Positions 1-11,471 of a stretch of DNA of 64,000 nt are shown here, piece by piece (position 1 is the stretch's first letter; every line of letters starts with the position of its first letter). A program made the position numbers and the translations under genes. The stretch comes from Squalus acanthias (Eukaryota). The notes under the pieces are model-generated. The model did no database searches. It saw only the letters and a program-made list of their open reading frames with translations, and was not told where the DNA came from. The DNA is taken from positions 7,502,001 to 7,566,000 of the forward strand of contig CM059438.1 of NCBI GenBank assembly GCA_030390025.1, given 5' to 3'.

Positions 1-185
1 CTGTCTATAAAATAACTTGACAACTTAATAGTCTTTGGAATTAAAGGTACTATATCCTTTCCAAACAGCTCACAATGCCTGCATTTTTGAGAGCAATTAA
101 AGCCCGTGGAATAATATAATAGCCGGCACTGTGTCCATTTTTAATCATTTGTTTTAAATGTGACATTGCTGCAATGTATTTCCCT

Positions 186-1450
186 GAATAGTATAATAGA
201 ATTTCTACAGCACAGAAGGAGGCTATTCGGCCCAACGTGCCTGTGCTGGTTCTTTGAAAGAGTTGTCCAATTAGTCCCACTCCCCAGCCTCTTCCTCATC
301 ACCCTGAAAATTAATCCTCTTCAAGTACATGTCAACTGCCTTTTGAAAGTTCCTATGGAATCTGATTCCACCACCCTTTCAGGTAGTGCGTTCCAGATCT
401 TAACAACCCTCTGTGTGAAAAAAAATTCTCCTCATTGCCCCTCTAGTTCTTTTGCCAATTATTTTAAATCTATGGACTTCTGGTCCGAGGAAACAGTTTG
501 GGGTAAAAATTCAGTTGGTTGCGCCTCCCGTTAGCGCCTTAAGAGGGCGCTAATGGGGTGCAAAGCCGCTAACGCCCGGGCGCAGCGATGTTTGCGCCGC
601 TCGAGAACTTAACTTGAGATTGTGCGGCGGCGCTAAAACTTACCGCTGCGACCACCTGCGCGCGCAGATTGTGACGTCATTCCATGGTGCAACGCCCTTG
701 TGGCGCCCCGGAGCGGAAATTGAGTGGCGCCCCCTGCCTTACCGCCTGGCGCATCCAACGACCAGAAGACTGGAACGCTATCAATCGCTGTGGGGCTGGG
801 GGGGGCGCTATTTAAAGGGGGCCTCTTCCTGTCTTTTATTGTTGGTGGCATTTTTGAACTACGCATTCTGAGAGAGAGAGGGAGAGACTTCTGGAGAGAT
901 TCAACGTTGTGGGAAGGAGTTTTGGGTACTGAGCAGCACTTTGCAGGTTCATTTTGATTTGCCATTCCTTGTATCGATTTAGCAGAGACTGTGGGAGCTG
1001 CACTCTGAGCTCCTTGCCTGGTACTCTCCATTGTTCTTTCCAGCACATTTGATGTGCAAGTCTCTCCAGGCCGAGATTCAAGGCTGCAATGAACAGGATG
1101 TGGATGGAAAGCAAGATTAACCATCCCCTTTAAGAACTGGCCCGTGCCATTGTGTGTGTGTTCCATTGCTGACTGACATTACATGAGCTTCGCCAGCGCT
1201 CTGAGTTAGCGCCTCACTCCTTGGCCTTTGCGCCTTAAGACAGGTGTGCAGCGCCTGCTTTAGCGCTCCACTCACCTCCCGGGGTGGTAAAAGTGAAGTT
1301 TCCAGTCAGTGCCGATAATTAGCGCCAGGCGCTAATATTTGCGTCCAGACGATATTTGCGCCCCAAATGGGGCGCGACCTAATTTCTACCCCTTTCTCTC
1401 TACTTGCTCTATCAAAACCCCTCATAATTATAAATGTCTGTGTTAGTCAC
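186..1450 (-). mobile_element. CR1 LINE 3' fragment, split by the element at 500-1392
   Basis: Matches the CR1 3' end at 33885-34200 (acagcacagaaggaggctattcggccc...). CR1 sequence resumes at 1393 after the insertion. Confidence 0.8.
500..1392. mobile_element. Non-autonomous PIF/Harbinger-type element
   Basis: TIRs ggggtaaaaatt / aatttctacccc. 3-bp TSD TTT at 497-499 and 1393-1395. Interrupts a CR1. Confidence 0.8.
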
Positions 1451-1539
1451 GCCCTATTATTTGTACACTATCTTTTTCCTTTTGTGACTACGTTTCCAAA
1501 AGATCCTTTGTGAAAAGTGCCCCGTTTTCATCCATGGGC

Positions 1540-1815
1540 CTAGACAGTGAGTGTCAGCAGGCTATTCAACCAAGGGTGGATATCAGAGCTGAGCCCACAC
1601 CTAACGCCTGCACACTTTCCAGAGGGACGGGAGAGAGAATACCCTGGGTGATTGGTTTGCTTCCAGCTAAAAGGGTGTTGAGCCCAATTGACGCTCACTT
1701 TCCATTGCCCTGGCTAAGATGAGCTCACTCAGCACAGACTGGGGGTGAAAGCCAGCGGAGCGTTCCTGGTATCAGTAATCAAGTAGCACATCAGCCAGTG
1801 TATTTATCAACCAAG
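1540..1815 (-). repeat. Old dispersed SINE-like repeat
   Basis: Degenerate similarity to 12715-12970 and 54780-55440 (ctgtgctgagt...cagccaggg blocks). Confidence 0.4.
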
Positions 1816-2121
1816 CCTCGTCCTCTGTACTCTTAAAAGTTATTTAGGTCCCCACTGTGGCGTCTTTCATTCCCAGGCCGGTGGCTCACGGTTAGAGCTC
1901 TCCCCATTGCTGTAATAGGCGATGTGTAGGGGTGGTCTGGTTGCTCACTCTCTGATTTTCCTTGCTCCTTCCATAGGGACGTGAAATGAGTTGGCTGAGT
2001 ACATCTGCCCTGACAAAGAATTAGAACTAGCCACGTAGGAAATCGTGGTGCAAACCCAAAGCCTACCATTCCATGATGAACTCATTGGTGCATCAAAATA
2101 CAACACTCGATGTGCAGTTAG

Positions 2122-2468
2122 GAAAGAAGAAAGACTTGCATTTATATAGCGCCTTTCATGACCAATGTGCTACTGACCAGATAATCTGGTTTTCTTTTTT
2201 TAATGTTGATTGAGGGATAAACGTTGGCCAGCACTCTCCTGCTCTTCTTCGAGAATAGTGCCGTGGGATCTTTTACGTCCACCTGAGCGAGCAGACATAG
2301 TTTCGGTTCAACATCTCATCTGAAAGACGGCACCTCCGACAGTGCAGCCACTCCCTCAGTACTGCACTAGGAGTGTCAGTCTTAGATGCTCAAGTCTCTG
2401 GAGTGGGATTTGAACCCGCAACCTTTTGACTCCAGAGACCAGAGTGCTACCCGCTGAGCCACGGCTGA
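2122..2468 (-). mobile_element. Deu-domain tRNA SINE (SacSINE1-like), internally deleted
   Basis: Reverse complement of the full copy at 21486-21951, with tRNA-like head and aaggcgctatataaatgcaagtc tail. Confidence 0.85.
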
Positions 2469-4239
2469 GGTGAGGAGGTCGGTGTTGGGGAAACAACACT
2501 TTTCATTTTACACACCCAAGGCTAGATCTCCCTCTTCCCATCCCTACAGGGTTGAGCGGGACTTCTACCCACTGCCCCAGCCCCACCATTACCTCAACCC
2601 AGTTTCTTGGGTTGTGGGGTGGGGGACGGGGGGGAGGGGGGGGGCTTGGGTCATTGAGCATTCATAGCAGAGTCCCGGTGGAATGCAGCAATGAGAGTCT
2701 CACAGTGGCCCTGAGCGCAATCCTGGCAGTGCTGTTGCGGGTCGGTCGTTGCAGATCCAGAAGAGACGGGAGCTACAGTGGAGCAGTAGAGCCCTGAAGA
2801 CTGCAGGAAATATCTCCACTGAAGGCCTCGGCCAAGACTGAAGCCTTCAGCAAGCAAGTGCTGGAAGGGGAGGGGCAGGCGTAGGGGGCGTGACATAGAA
2901 GAAGAGGAGGTCGCTACACAGCCCTCCGCCTCCATCAAGGCCTTCACGTTGTTACCCCAGTGACCACTGCCAGGCTTTGTCTGGCAGTCGCAGGGAGCAT
3001 CAGAAACAGGAGCAGTCAGGAGGGAGATGGGCCAGGAGCCTGGGCGCTACCCACTTGCTGGCAGTGCTGCTGGTAGGAAGGAAGGTGGAAAGGCTGGTCA
3101 GGGCAGGGAAGCAGCGATAGGCATTGCTGCTCAATTTTGCCCCCTTTTCTGCCACTATAGTGAGCTGAAATCCAGCCCCCAGTGTCAAAAGCAAGCCATC
3201 AGGTCAGGTGTGGCATGCTCCGACCCCAATAACACGGCTCACCTCCAACCACAGAAGAGTGACCCCTACAGTACCAGTGTGACATTTTCCATTCTACACA
3301 CCATGGGTCGTTTATGCTACAGGCTTGTGCCCATTAAGAACTGGGCCGACACTGCCAAAACTCCTTTGCACATGGTATTCATCTCATCAGCTTGGATTGG
3401 ATTTGAACCAATATATCTGAAGCACTTCCTAGCCCCTTCCAAACAAATGGACACCATTTCGCAGTTGTCAACTAGAGATCATTTCTCCATGAACCTGGGC
3501 TCAAAATTGCTAATTCTCTTGTCTAAACGTCATTGCACTTGAAGGACATCGAGCGCAGAAACACTGTGTGTGCCTCCGTCAGTGTGAAAGCCGTCTCCAG
3601 AATGGAGTAAGACTCCACATATAATCTGTACATAAGACAAGTCACAAAGTAGCTTGGAATGGTTTTCTGACTAATCCAATCTCAGCTTTCAAATGACATT
3701 TAGAAGCCATTCAGGCTTTGGTCTCAAGGTTTATGGCCTCAACTTCGCCCTTGATTGAATCATTGCCTTATAATCACTTTGAGATAACCTTTATTTTCTA
3801 GATAATTCCATTTATTTACAATTTAATACTAACAGGAAACTACTTCTGCTGCATGTTAGATCACAATCCTTTTACTTCTCTGACCTGGGATTGAATTAAA
3901 CCCAAGCAGATGAGCTGGAGATCCCTCTTCCTCCCTGTGGTGTCAATCCATTTCTCAGTACTTAGATCGTCAACACCAATTGATGCCAAGTTCATCGAAA
4001 CAGGCTACTTTTAATTCAAAGTCGCTTCATTCAAATTATCTGATCATTTGCTTTTTAAGCACTAAATTCCTGTGTTTCTGACTGTGTTATTTGTGTTGCG
4101 TCCTTTGAATTATTGAATAATACAGTTTTTTTTAGTGCAGTAAATTATTTTGGAATAATCAGGATTGCTTAGAGAGGCCACAGTCATGGAGAGTCTAGAG
4201 CAATGGGAATGTCACGATGGTACTGTTGACACCTAGCTC

Positions 4240-4825
4240 CACATCTCCACTTCCTCCATCGATCCCACAACTGTCACCACCATCGCCAACAGCCAATTCA
4301 ACAATAGGACCTGGATCTGCCAAAAAAAACTCCTCCAGTTTAATGTTGATAAAATTGAAGTCCTCCTCTTCGACTCAAATACCTGTGTGCCTCCAATCTC
4401 GACTATATCTACCTCTCTGGCTGCCACCTCTGGCTAAGCTGAGAGGTGTGAAGCGTTTATGGCCTGCTCAACCCCAAGGTCAACTTCCTGCCCCACGTCC
4501 AGCCCTGCTTTCTTTCACCTCCAAAACTTTGCATGCCTCCACCCCTCCCTCTCTCCCTCTGAAACCCTAATCCATGCTTTTATCACTTCCACCATCATCA
4601 GAGGCTGTTCTTTGCCCCTGCCCTCTGGATTTCTCGTCCTCAACATCTCAATGTCTTGCTACGTTCTTCCCTGTCTTCCAAAACCTCCTCAAGACCTTCC
4701 TCTGTCGCCATGCTGTTTCACCTTTCTAATCTTCCCTTCCCCTCCAGCTTGTTAACCATTGCCCTGTAAAATGATCAAGACATCTCATTGTAAATAACAA
4801 ATGCCATAAAAATGTAAGTTGCTGA
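4240..4825 (+). mobile_element. Old L2 LINE 3' fragment
   Basis: Degenerate similarity to the L2 at 7540-8401 (SETLIHAFITS, taaaaatgtaagttg tail). Confidence 0.6.
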
Positions 4826-4887
4826 TGCAAGACAATACATGTGGTTTGAGGTACCTTGCTAGGGCCCTGTAAACACACTGTAAACAA

Positions 4888-5272
4888 GTGTCAGCTGTGG
4901 CTCAGTGGGCAGCACCCTCACCTGCATCAGAAGGTTGTGGGTATCAAGTCCCACTCCAGAGACTTGAGCACAAAAATCTAGGTTGACACTCCAGTGCAAT
5001 GCTGAGGGAGCGCTGCACTGTCGGAGGTGCCATCTTCCGGATGAGATGTTAAACCGAGGTCCCGTCTGCTCTCTCAGGAGGACGTAAAAGATCCTATGGC
5101 ACTATTTCAAAGAAAAGCAGCTGTTTGTGGGAGCTTGCTGTGCACAGATTCGCTGCCATGTTTCCTACATTACAACAGTGACTACACTTCAGAAGTACTT
5201 CATTTGCTGTAAAGTGCTTTGGAAAATCCTGAGGTTGTGGAAGGCGTTATATAAATGAAAGTCTTTCTTTTT
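4888..5272 (+). mobile_element. Deu-domain SINE
   Basis: gtgtcagctgtggctcagtgg head, ggatgagatgttaaaccgagg Deu core, ctttcttt tail. Confidence 0.88.
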
Positions 5273-5409
5273 TTTGCATTCCATCTGCAGTAGAAGACTT
5301 TATGAGGCTCTCACTGAGCAAATAAAGTTGATCAAAGTCACTTGAAGACATGAGGCAACTGCTACACTCTGCCTTTGAGTATTTTGATGTAACAATACAC
5401 TAGGTAATA

Positions 5410-5729
5410 TAAACAGTAATGTGATAATGACCAGATGATCTGTTTTAGTGATGCTGTTTGAGGGATAAACATTGGCCAGGACACTGGGGAGACTCCCTGC
5501 TCTTCTTTGAAATAGTGCCATGGGATTTTTTAAGTCCACCTGAGAGAGCAGATGGGGCCCCGGTTTAACGTCTCATCCGAATGACAGCACCTCCGACAGA
5601 GCTGCGCTCCCTCAGTACTGCACGGGAGTGTCAGCCTAGACTTTTGTGCTCAAGTCTCTGGAGTGGGACTTGAACCCACAACCTTCTGACTCAGAGGTGA
5701 GAGTGCTACCACTGAGCCATGGCTGACAC
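5410..5729 (-). mobile_element. Deu-domain SINE, 3'-truncated
   Basis: Reverse complement of the head and core of the same family. Confidence 0.88.
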
Positions 5730-6443
5730 CTATTATCAATGGGGCAAGTGATTTGGCACAGCGCGATATTTCATAACACAGCCGGCAGGTTTCTCCACTT
5801 AAGGTGAGTAGCGTGACTTGTACCGCGATCGTACATAAAAAACCCAAAGGGAGTGAAATTGGTGGATCTGAGGAATACGAATCATTCAGTGAAATAAATC
5901 TTGTTGTAGTTATTGAAGGTATATGGGGATATACCATGAATTTTCATCTTCAGCTGACCTATCCGAACTCCTGTTATGATGCTACTCATGCCATACCCCG
6001 ACTCGACCTCCCATCCCGTTTATGAAATTGGTTAATGGTGGCAATCCTATCAGCCAGACTTGTCACAGTTGACAACCTCAGTGTTTGTAAAGGCCTATCT
6101 GTCCAATAATTCAATATTGCAGCCTGGTTTGGTAAACTGACAAGAAAATAGATCTCTTGCTTTTCAACTCAAACCAATTAAAACAGATGGATTAATCCAT
6201 GTCTGACCATGTTCCTTTTGACATTACAAAGCTGTGCACAGCGTGTCAGTTGTCTATAAGTTCATGACGGAAACAGCGGGCGATATAAATGCCAGGTCAC
6301 CCTGTCTCTACCAGCAATGTAAGATCTTCCGCTGCTGCACTTCAACGTTCTGTATCAATCCAAACATTTGCACGGATTGACAGCAGAAGTTTCCTCGCCC
6401 CACTCCAATTTTCTGTCTTTATCACTCCTCTCCTGAAGGTATT

Positions 6444-7238
6444 GGCCGAGAAATTGGACCTCCTAAGCCCCCAAACTGTTGGGCAGGAATCGCGCGCTCA
6501 CTTCCCACCAGAAGTGCAATACCCGCTGACATAAGAAAACTACTAGGCACTTGGTCTAAGCGTTAAACAAAGCTTTAATCAACTGTTTTACAACATGGAG
6601 ATCTAGTTGTGTCCTTCCTAGTTCCTATTGAGAAATGTCCTAAGCAAGCTGGGCCCATGCCCGAGTATTTATACTCTCCCTGGACAGCGCCACCAGCAGG
6701 CCACCCAGTATTACTTCATACATGAATGACAAGATTCATGTCACCCGCGATATTAGGTAAGGACAAACAAGAGGCGCCCTGTACCCACGCCTGAAGCAGG
6801 TGTTAAGCCCGTTGCATATGCAAATAAGGGACCTAATGCCTGCTCGAGGTCCTTTCTGGAAGGTTAGTTCGCCCTGAGGCAGCCATCGTCATCGCTGGCT
6901 GCACGCAGGGAAATCAACCCTACGGAACACCTGCAACAAAATAAGTAAGTTACTTACCTCTGAATGTGGAGCTGGGTGCTCCTCCCGACCGTCCACTAAA
7001 CTACCCTCCCGATCGCGCCGCCCCCAACCCTGAGATCCATGACATCCCCTAGCTCCAGGCTCTGATCCCGCGGACTACTGCTGGCTGACACAATTCCACC
7101 CCCCCCCACAACAAGCTATCGATCTCCCCATGCTACCTGTCTCCCCAACCCCAAAACCTAATCTCCTTCCCACCCGGCCCCGAGATCCCCGACCCTCAAT
7201 CTCCAGGCGCCCCGGCCCCGATCCCGTATCTCACCCCC
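6444..7238. mobile_element. Harbinger-type MITE remnant hosting a solo LTR
   Basis: Starts ggccgagaaattg. Shares the ggcgttaggcccc-ttgcatatgc-aat hairpin block with 16346-16823. Right end lost at a CR1 junction. Confidence 0.55.
6527..6743 (-). mobile_element. Solo LTR (217 bp)
   Basis: TGACAT...ATGTCA termini. Exact 5-bp TSD CCCGC at 6522-6526 and 6744-6748. TATAAATA followed by ATTAAA on the minus strand. Confidence 0.8.
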
Positions 7239-7239
7239 C

Positions 7240-7528
7240 ACTCAGGATACGGGGTAGGACATTTAGGACTGAGCTGAGGAGAAATTTCTTCACTCAGAGG
7301 GTGGTGAACCTGTGGAATTCTCTACCACAGAAGGCTGTGGAGGCTCAGTCACTGAATGTATTTAAGAAGGAGATAGATAGATTTCAAGACACAAAAGGCA
7401 TCAAGGGGTATGGGGAGAGAGCGGGAATATGGTATTGAGATAGAGGATCAGCCATGATCATATTGAATGGCGGAGCAGGCTCGACTGGCCGAATGGCCGA
7501 CTTCTGCTCCTATTTTTCTATGTTTTTA
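7240..7528 (+). mobile_element. CR1 LINE 3' end
   Basis: ORF2 C-terminus RRNFFTQRVVNLWNSLP followed by the 3' stem-loop and tail. Confidence 0.9.
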
Positions 7529-7539
7529 CTACCCCCCGG

Positions 7540-8401
7540 GACAGATTTTCTGCAATTAAATATTGTGAAGACTGAAGCCATTGTTTTCGGTCCCCGCCAC
7601 AAACTCCGTTCCCTAGCCACAGACTCCATCCCTCTCCTTATCATCTGTCTGAGGCTGAACTACACTGTTCACAACCTTGGTGTCATATTTGACCCTGAAA
7701 TGAGCTTCCGACCACATATCGCAGCATAACTAAGACCGCCTATTTCCACCTCCGTAACATCGCCCGTCTCCGCCCTTGCCTCTGCTCATCCGCTGCTGAA
7801 ACCCTCATCCATGCCTTTGTTACCTCTAGACTTGACTATTCCAATGCACTCCTGGCTGACCTCCCACATTCTACCCTACGTAAACTTGAGGTCATCCAAA
7901 ACTCGGCTGCCCGTGTCCTAACTCGCACCAAGTCCCGTTCGCCCATCACCCCTGTGCTCGCTGACCTACATTAGCTCCCGGTTAAGCAAAGTCTCGATTT
8001 CAAAATTCTCATCCTTGTTTTCAAACCCCTCCATGGCCTCGCCCCTCCCTACCTCTGTAATCTCCTTCAGCCCCACAGCCCCCCGAGATATCTGCGCTCC
8101 TCTAATTCTGCCCTCTTGAGCATCCCCGATTACAATCGCTCAACCTTTGGTGGCCATGCCTTCTGTTGCCTAGGCCCTAAGCTCTAGAATTCCCTCCCTA
8201 AACCTCTCTGCCTCTCTACCTCTCTTTCCTCCTTTAAGACGCTCCTTAAAACCTGCCTCTTTGACCAAGCTTTTGGTCACCTGCCCTAATTTCTCCTTAT
8301 GTGGCTCGGTGTCAAATTTTATGTCTTATAACACTCCTGTGAAGCGCCTTGGGATGTTTCACCACGTTAAAGGCGCTCTATAAATGCAAGTTGTTGTTGT
8401 T
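7540..8401 (+). mobile_element. L2 LINE 3' fragment
   Basis: FLQLNIVKTEAIVFG...NLGVIFD and ETLIHAFVTSRLDYSN motifs, (TTG)n tail. Confidence 0.9.
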
Positions 8402-8414
8402 GAACTCTTTCGCT

Positions 8415-8629
8415 TAATAGTTATTGGAGATGGCAAAAACAGGTTATTTGGCTGAGAGTGAAGAATCATCCAATTGGGAAATGAAGAGTCCTTTCCTTTT
8501 CCAATTGGCGTGGGAAGGAGGTGCGGCACGAGGACGGATGTATTGGGTGACCAGTGGCGGGGCGGGCAGAGGCAGGAGGTCATGTGATGAAACATCCAGG
8601 AATACGTCCAACCCGAGCTGGCAATCCAA
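8415..8629. mobile_element. Partial hAT-type MITE, family of 54993-55355
   Basis: Colinear with 55150-55355 (ttccaattggcg...ggcaggaggtcatg...tccaacc). Confidence 0.7.
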
Positions 8630-8689
8630 GTGTTGGAAGTAGGTTTGCGCCCCAAGTTCCCTCATGCCCAAGTAGTAAGCCAAGTGCCT

Positions 8690-8945
8690 ACGTTCTCTAG
8701 TGCCCTAGTTATAGATGTGTCTTGTGATCCCCAGTGCCCTAGTTTTAGACAATGTGTCCCAGTTATAGATGACGCCGCTATGTTTCCTGGTATGCTGATT
8801 ATAAACCATGCATCTGTGATCCACGGTGCTCTAGTTGGAGAGGATGTGCTCCTGATCCCCAGTGTCCTGTTTATAGATGATGTGTCAGTGTCTCCTTGTG
8901 CCCTAGTTATGAAGCATGAATTCCCTTGTGTCCTAGTTTTAAAAT
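8690..8945. repeat. Degenerate ~36-bp minisatellite, about 8 units
   Basis: Recurrent gtgccctagttatagatga... blocks, mostly at 36-bp spacing. Confidence 0.75.
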
Positions 8946-9359
8946 GGTATCCCTTCAGATTTTTGGATTTTGATTTGAGTCGTCCGAACACCATTTATCA
9001 CGAGTTGGAAATCTTCAGGATGCCCTTTGTATCTGTGAAATACTGGTGAAGAAAGCAAGGAGGGCAATGCTGAAGTGACGGCTTTAGAGGTATTTTATTT
9101 AACTGCTGTCTCTGCCCCAATAGTTTACCCATTGTTTTCTGAAGCAATTGTATCATCGGGAACAGAATCTCATAAAGCAAAAAACCCTCTTGTGTCAGAC
9201 CTGATGGCACTGTCAATGCATTTTTGAACACTATTAAAATAATAGCTTAAAAGGAGTCAGGTCCCGAGAGAGGGCAGGAAAAACATACTGGGTATAAAAC
9301 ATCTGAAAGTAAGGTTGATTTTGATGTGTGTGTTATTGTGTCTCTTGGAAATGTCTCAA

Positions 9360-10085
9360 AGCATTTAATATAGCATATATTACTTGGAAGTGCAGGAACT
9401 GCTGCAGGCAATGGTGGCAGCCATTTTGCACACAGCAAGATCCTACAAATAAAGGAAGACTCGCATTTATAGAGCACCTTTCCTGCTCGCAGGACATCCT
9501 GAAGCATTTTACAGCAAATGAAATACTTTTTGAAGTGCAGTCACTGTTGCAATGTGGGAAACACGGTAGCCAATTTGTGCACAGCAAGCTCTCACAAAGA
9601 GCAATGTGGTAATGACCGGATAATTTGTTTTAGCGATGTTGGTTGAGGGATAAATATTGGCCCAGGACACCGGGGAGAACTCTTCGAAATAGTGCCACCG
9701 AATCTTTTAAGTTCACCTGAGAGGGCAGAGGGGGCCTCGGTTTAATGTCTCATCCGAAAGACGGCACCGCCGACAGTGCAGCACTCCCCCAGCACTGCAC
9801 TGGGAGTGTCAGCCCAGATTTTGTGCTCAAGTCTCTGGAGTGGGACTGTGAACCCACAATGAAAGCAATGAAATGAATGATGAGCTAATCAGTTTTCAGT
9901 GCTGTTGGTTGAGGGAGGAATGCTGGCCAAGGCGCCACAAGAACTCTTTACGCTTCTTCCAATAGTGCACTGGGGCCTTTAACATCCAGCTGAAACACGA
10001 GAGCAGAGCTGACGGGCACTCTATTTAATGTCTCATTTGAAAGAAGGCACCTCTGACAGTACAGTGCTCTCTCAGTACTGGATCT
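9360..10085 (-). mobile_element. Cluster of Deu-domain SINE copies
   Basis: Near-complete copy at ~9450-9860 plus older partial copies on each side. Confidence 0.8.
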
Positions 10086-11069
10086 GAACTGGAGTGAATA
10101 GCAAATATCACTGCGCAAAATCCTCCCGTGGAGTCATCCTCGCAGCGGCTTGATAGTCACTCTGATTTTGCCCCATTACCCCCATCTCAATCCATTCAAA
10201 AATGCTCAACATATAGTCACTTTAACTCACATTTTTCTATGTTTCTATGTTATGCTGCACATTTTATTTTAAAGCTGTGTACCATTCTCCGTGCGACGTG
10301 CTGTTTAGGTGGGGGGAAATTCCCTGCCACATAAAGGTGAAACTGGGAAAGGAGAAGATTCAGCTGCCGTATTGTGCTGCATGCCAAGGCAAAGGTCGAA
10401 TTGGCCACCAGTGCAACGTTACGGAGGAGTCCTGAGACTTGACTTTGGGCCCTGTAACAAATCAGGCTGCGGAGTTTCTCATTTCTCCGTGTCTACACTG
10501 ATGAGACTGGGGAAGCTTTGAATGGTTTATATTTTTTCTCCACCGGAAAAACGTCTGAAGTACATGAAACACTGGGGAGCTCATTTTCACCGAAAGCATC
10601 TTTCTCAGGTTGTCTTTAAGGCTCTTCAGATCTCTTGGTTGCGACAAAGCAGTAAAGTAAATTATGCAATAGAATTCCGAATGAACTGGAACGTTTTTTT
10701 TTTAAATCTCTCCTGCTCGTGTGGACGTCTATAATGTATTAAATTATAGATTTAATTAGAACCAGGATAGCTCTTCCCTCGACTGTTTCATGTGTGTTCT
10801 TTCCTCATTCAAATGGTAATTTGCTGGCTGCGAACACGTTACTTTCTAAAGTCTGCTGGTTCCTTGGAAGTGGCTGTGTAAGTGGATCTAGTTAATTCCC
10901 ATGTTAGTTGTGTTTTGCTTGCGTGACATCGCCTTTTGGGGAACTTCGCGTCGTCCAAATGCATCGGGCATTGTTTCGCCACCTCTGGTTGGACGTATTC
11001 CAGGAGGTTTGATCATCTGACCGTTGCTCACATGACATTTAATCACACGACGGTTGTAGCACTGCCCAT

Positions 11070-11471
11070 GGGAACGGTAGCGCAGTGGTTATGTTACTAG
11101 ACTAGTAATCCAGAGGCCTGGACTAATAATCCGGAGATGTGAGTTCAAATGGCAGCTGGAGAATTTAAATGTAGTTAATTAAATAAATCTGGAATAAATA
11201 ATCAATGTATCAGTAATGGAGACCATGAAGCTACCGGATTGTTGTAAAAACCCATCTGGTTCACTAATGTCCTTTAGGGAAGGAAATCTGCCGTCCTTAC
11301 CCGGTCTGGCCTATGTGTGACTCCACAGCAATGTGGTTGACTCTTAACTGCCCTCTGAAATGGCCTAGCAAGCCATTCAGTGCATCAGCACCTTCTCAAG
11401 GGCAATTAGGGATGGTCAATAAATGCTGACCTTGCCAGCGACACCTACTTCCCATGAACAAATAAAATAAA
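11070..11471 (+). mobile_element. Second tRNA-head SINE family
   Basis: A/B-box-like head (tagcgcagtggtt...gagttcaaat). Second copy at 60440-60772. 3' tail shared with the LINE at 56832-57760. Confidence 0.8.

Noticed and set aside
633-1166. 177-aa ORF as a gene
   Set aside because: It lies inside a MITE and has no recognisable domain. At most it holds a decayed Myb start.
2540-3145. Another Harbinger-derived fragment ending aattttgccccc
   Set aside because: Only one TIR-like end, with no TSD and no clear Myb motif.
8690-8945. CRISPR-like array suggested by the 36-bp periodicity
   Set aside because: Units are contiguous and degenerate with no repeat-spacer alternation. The context is vertebrate and there are no cas genes.
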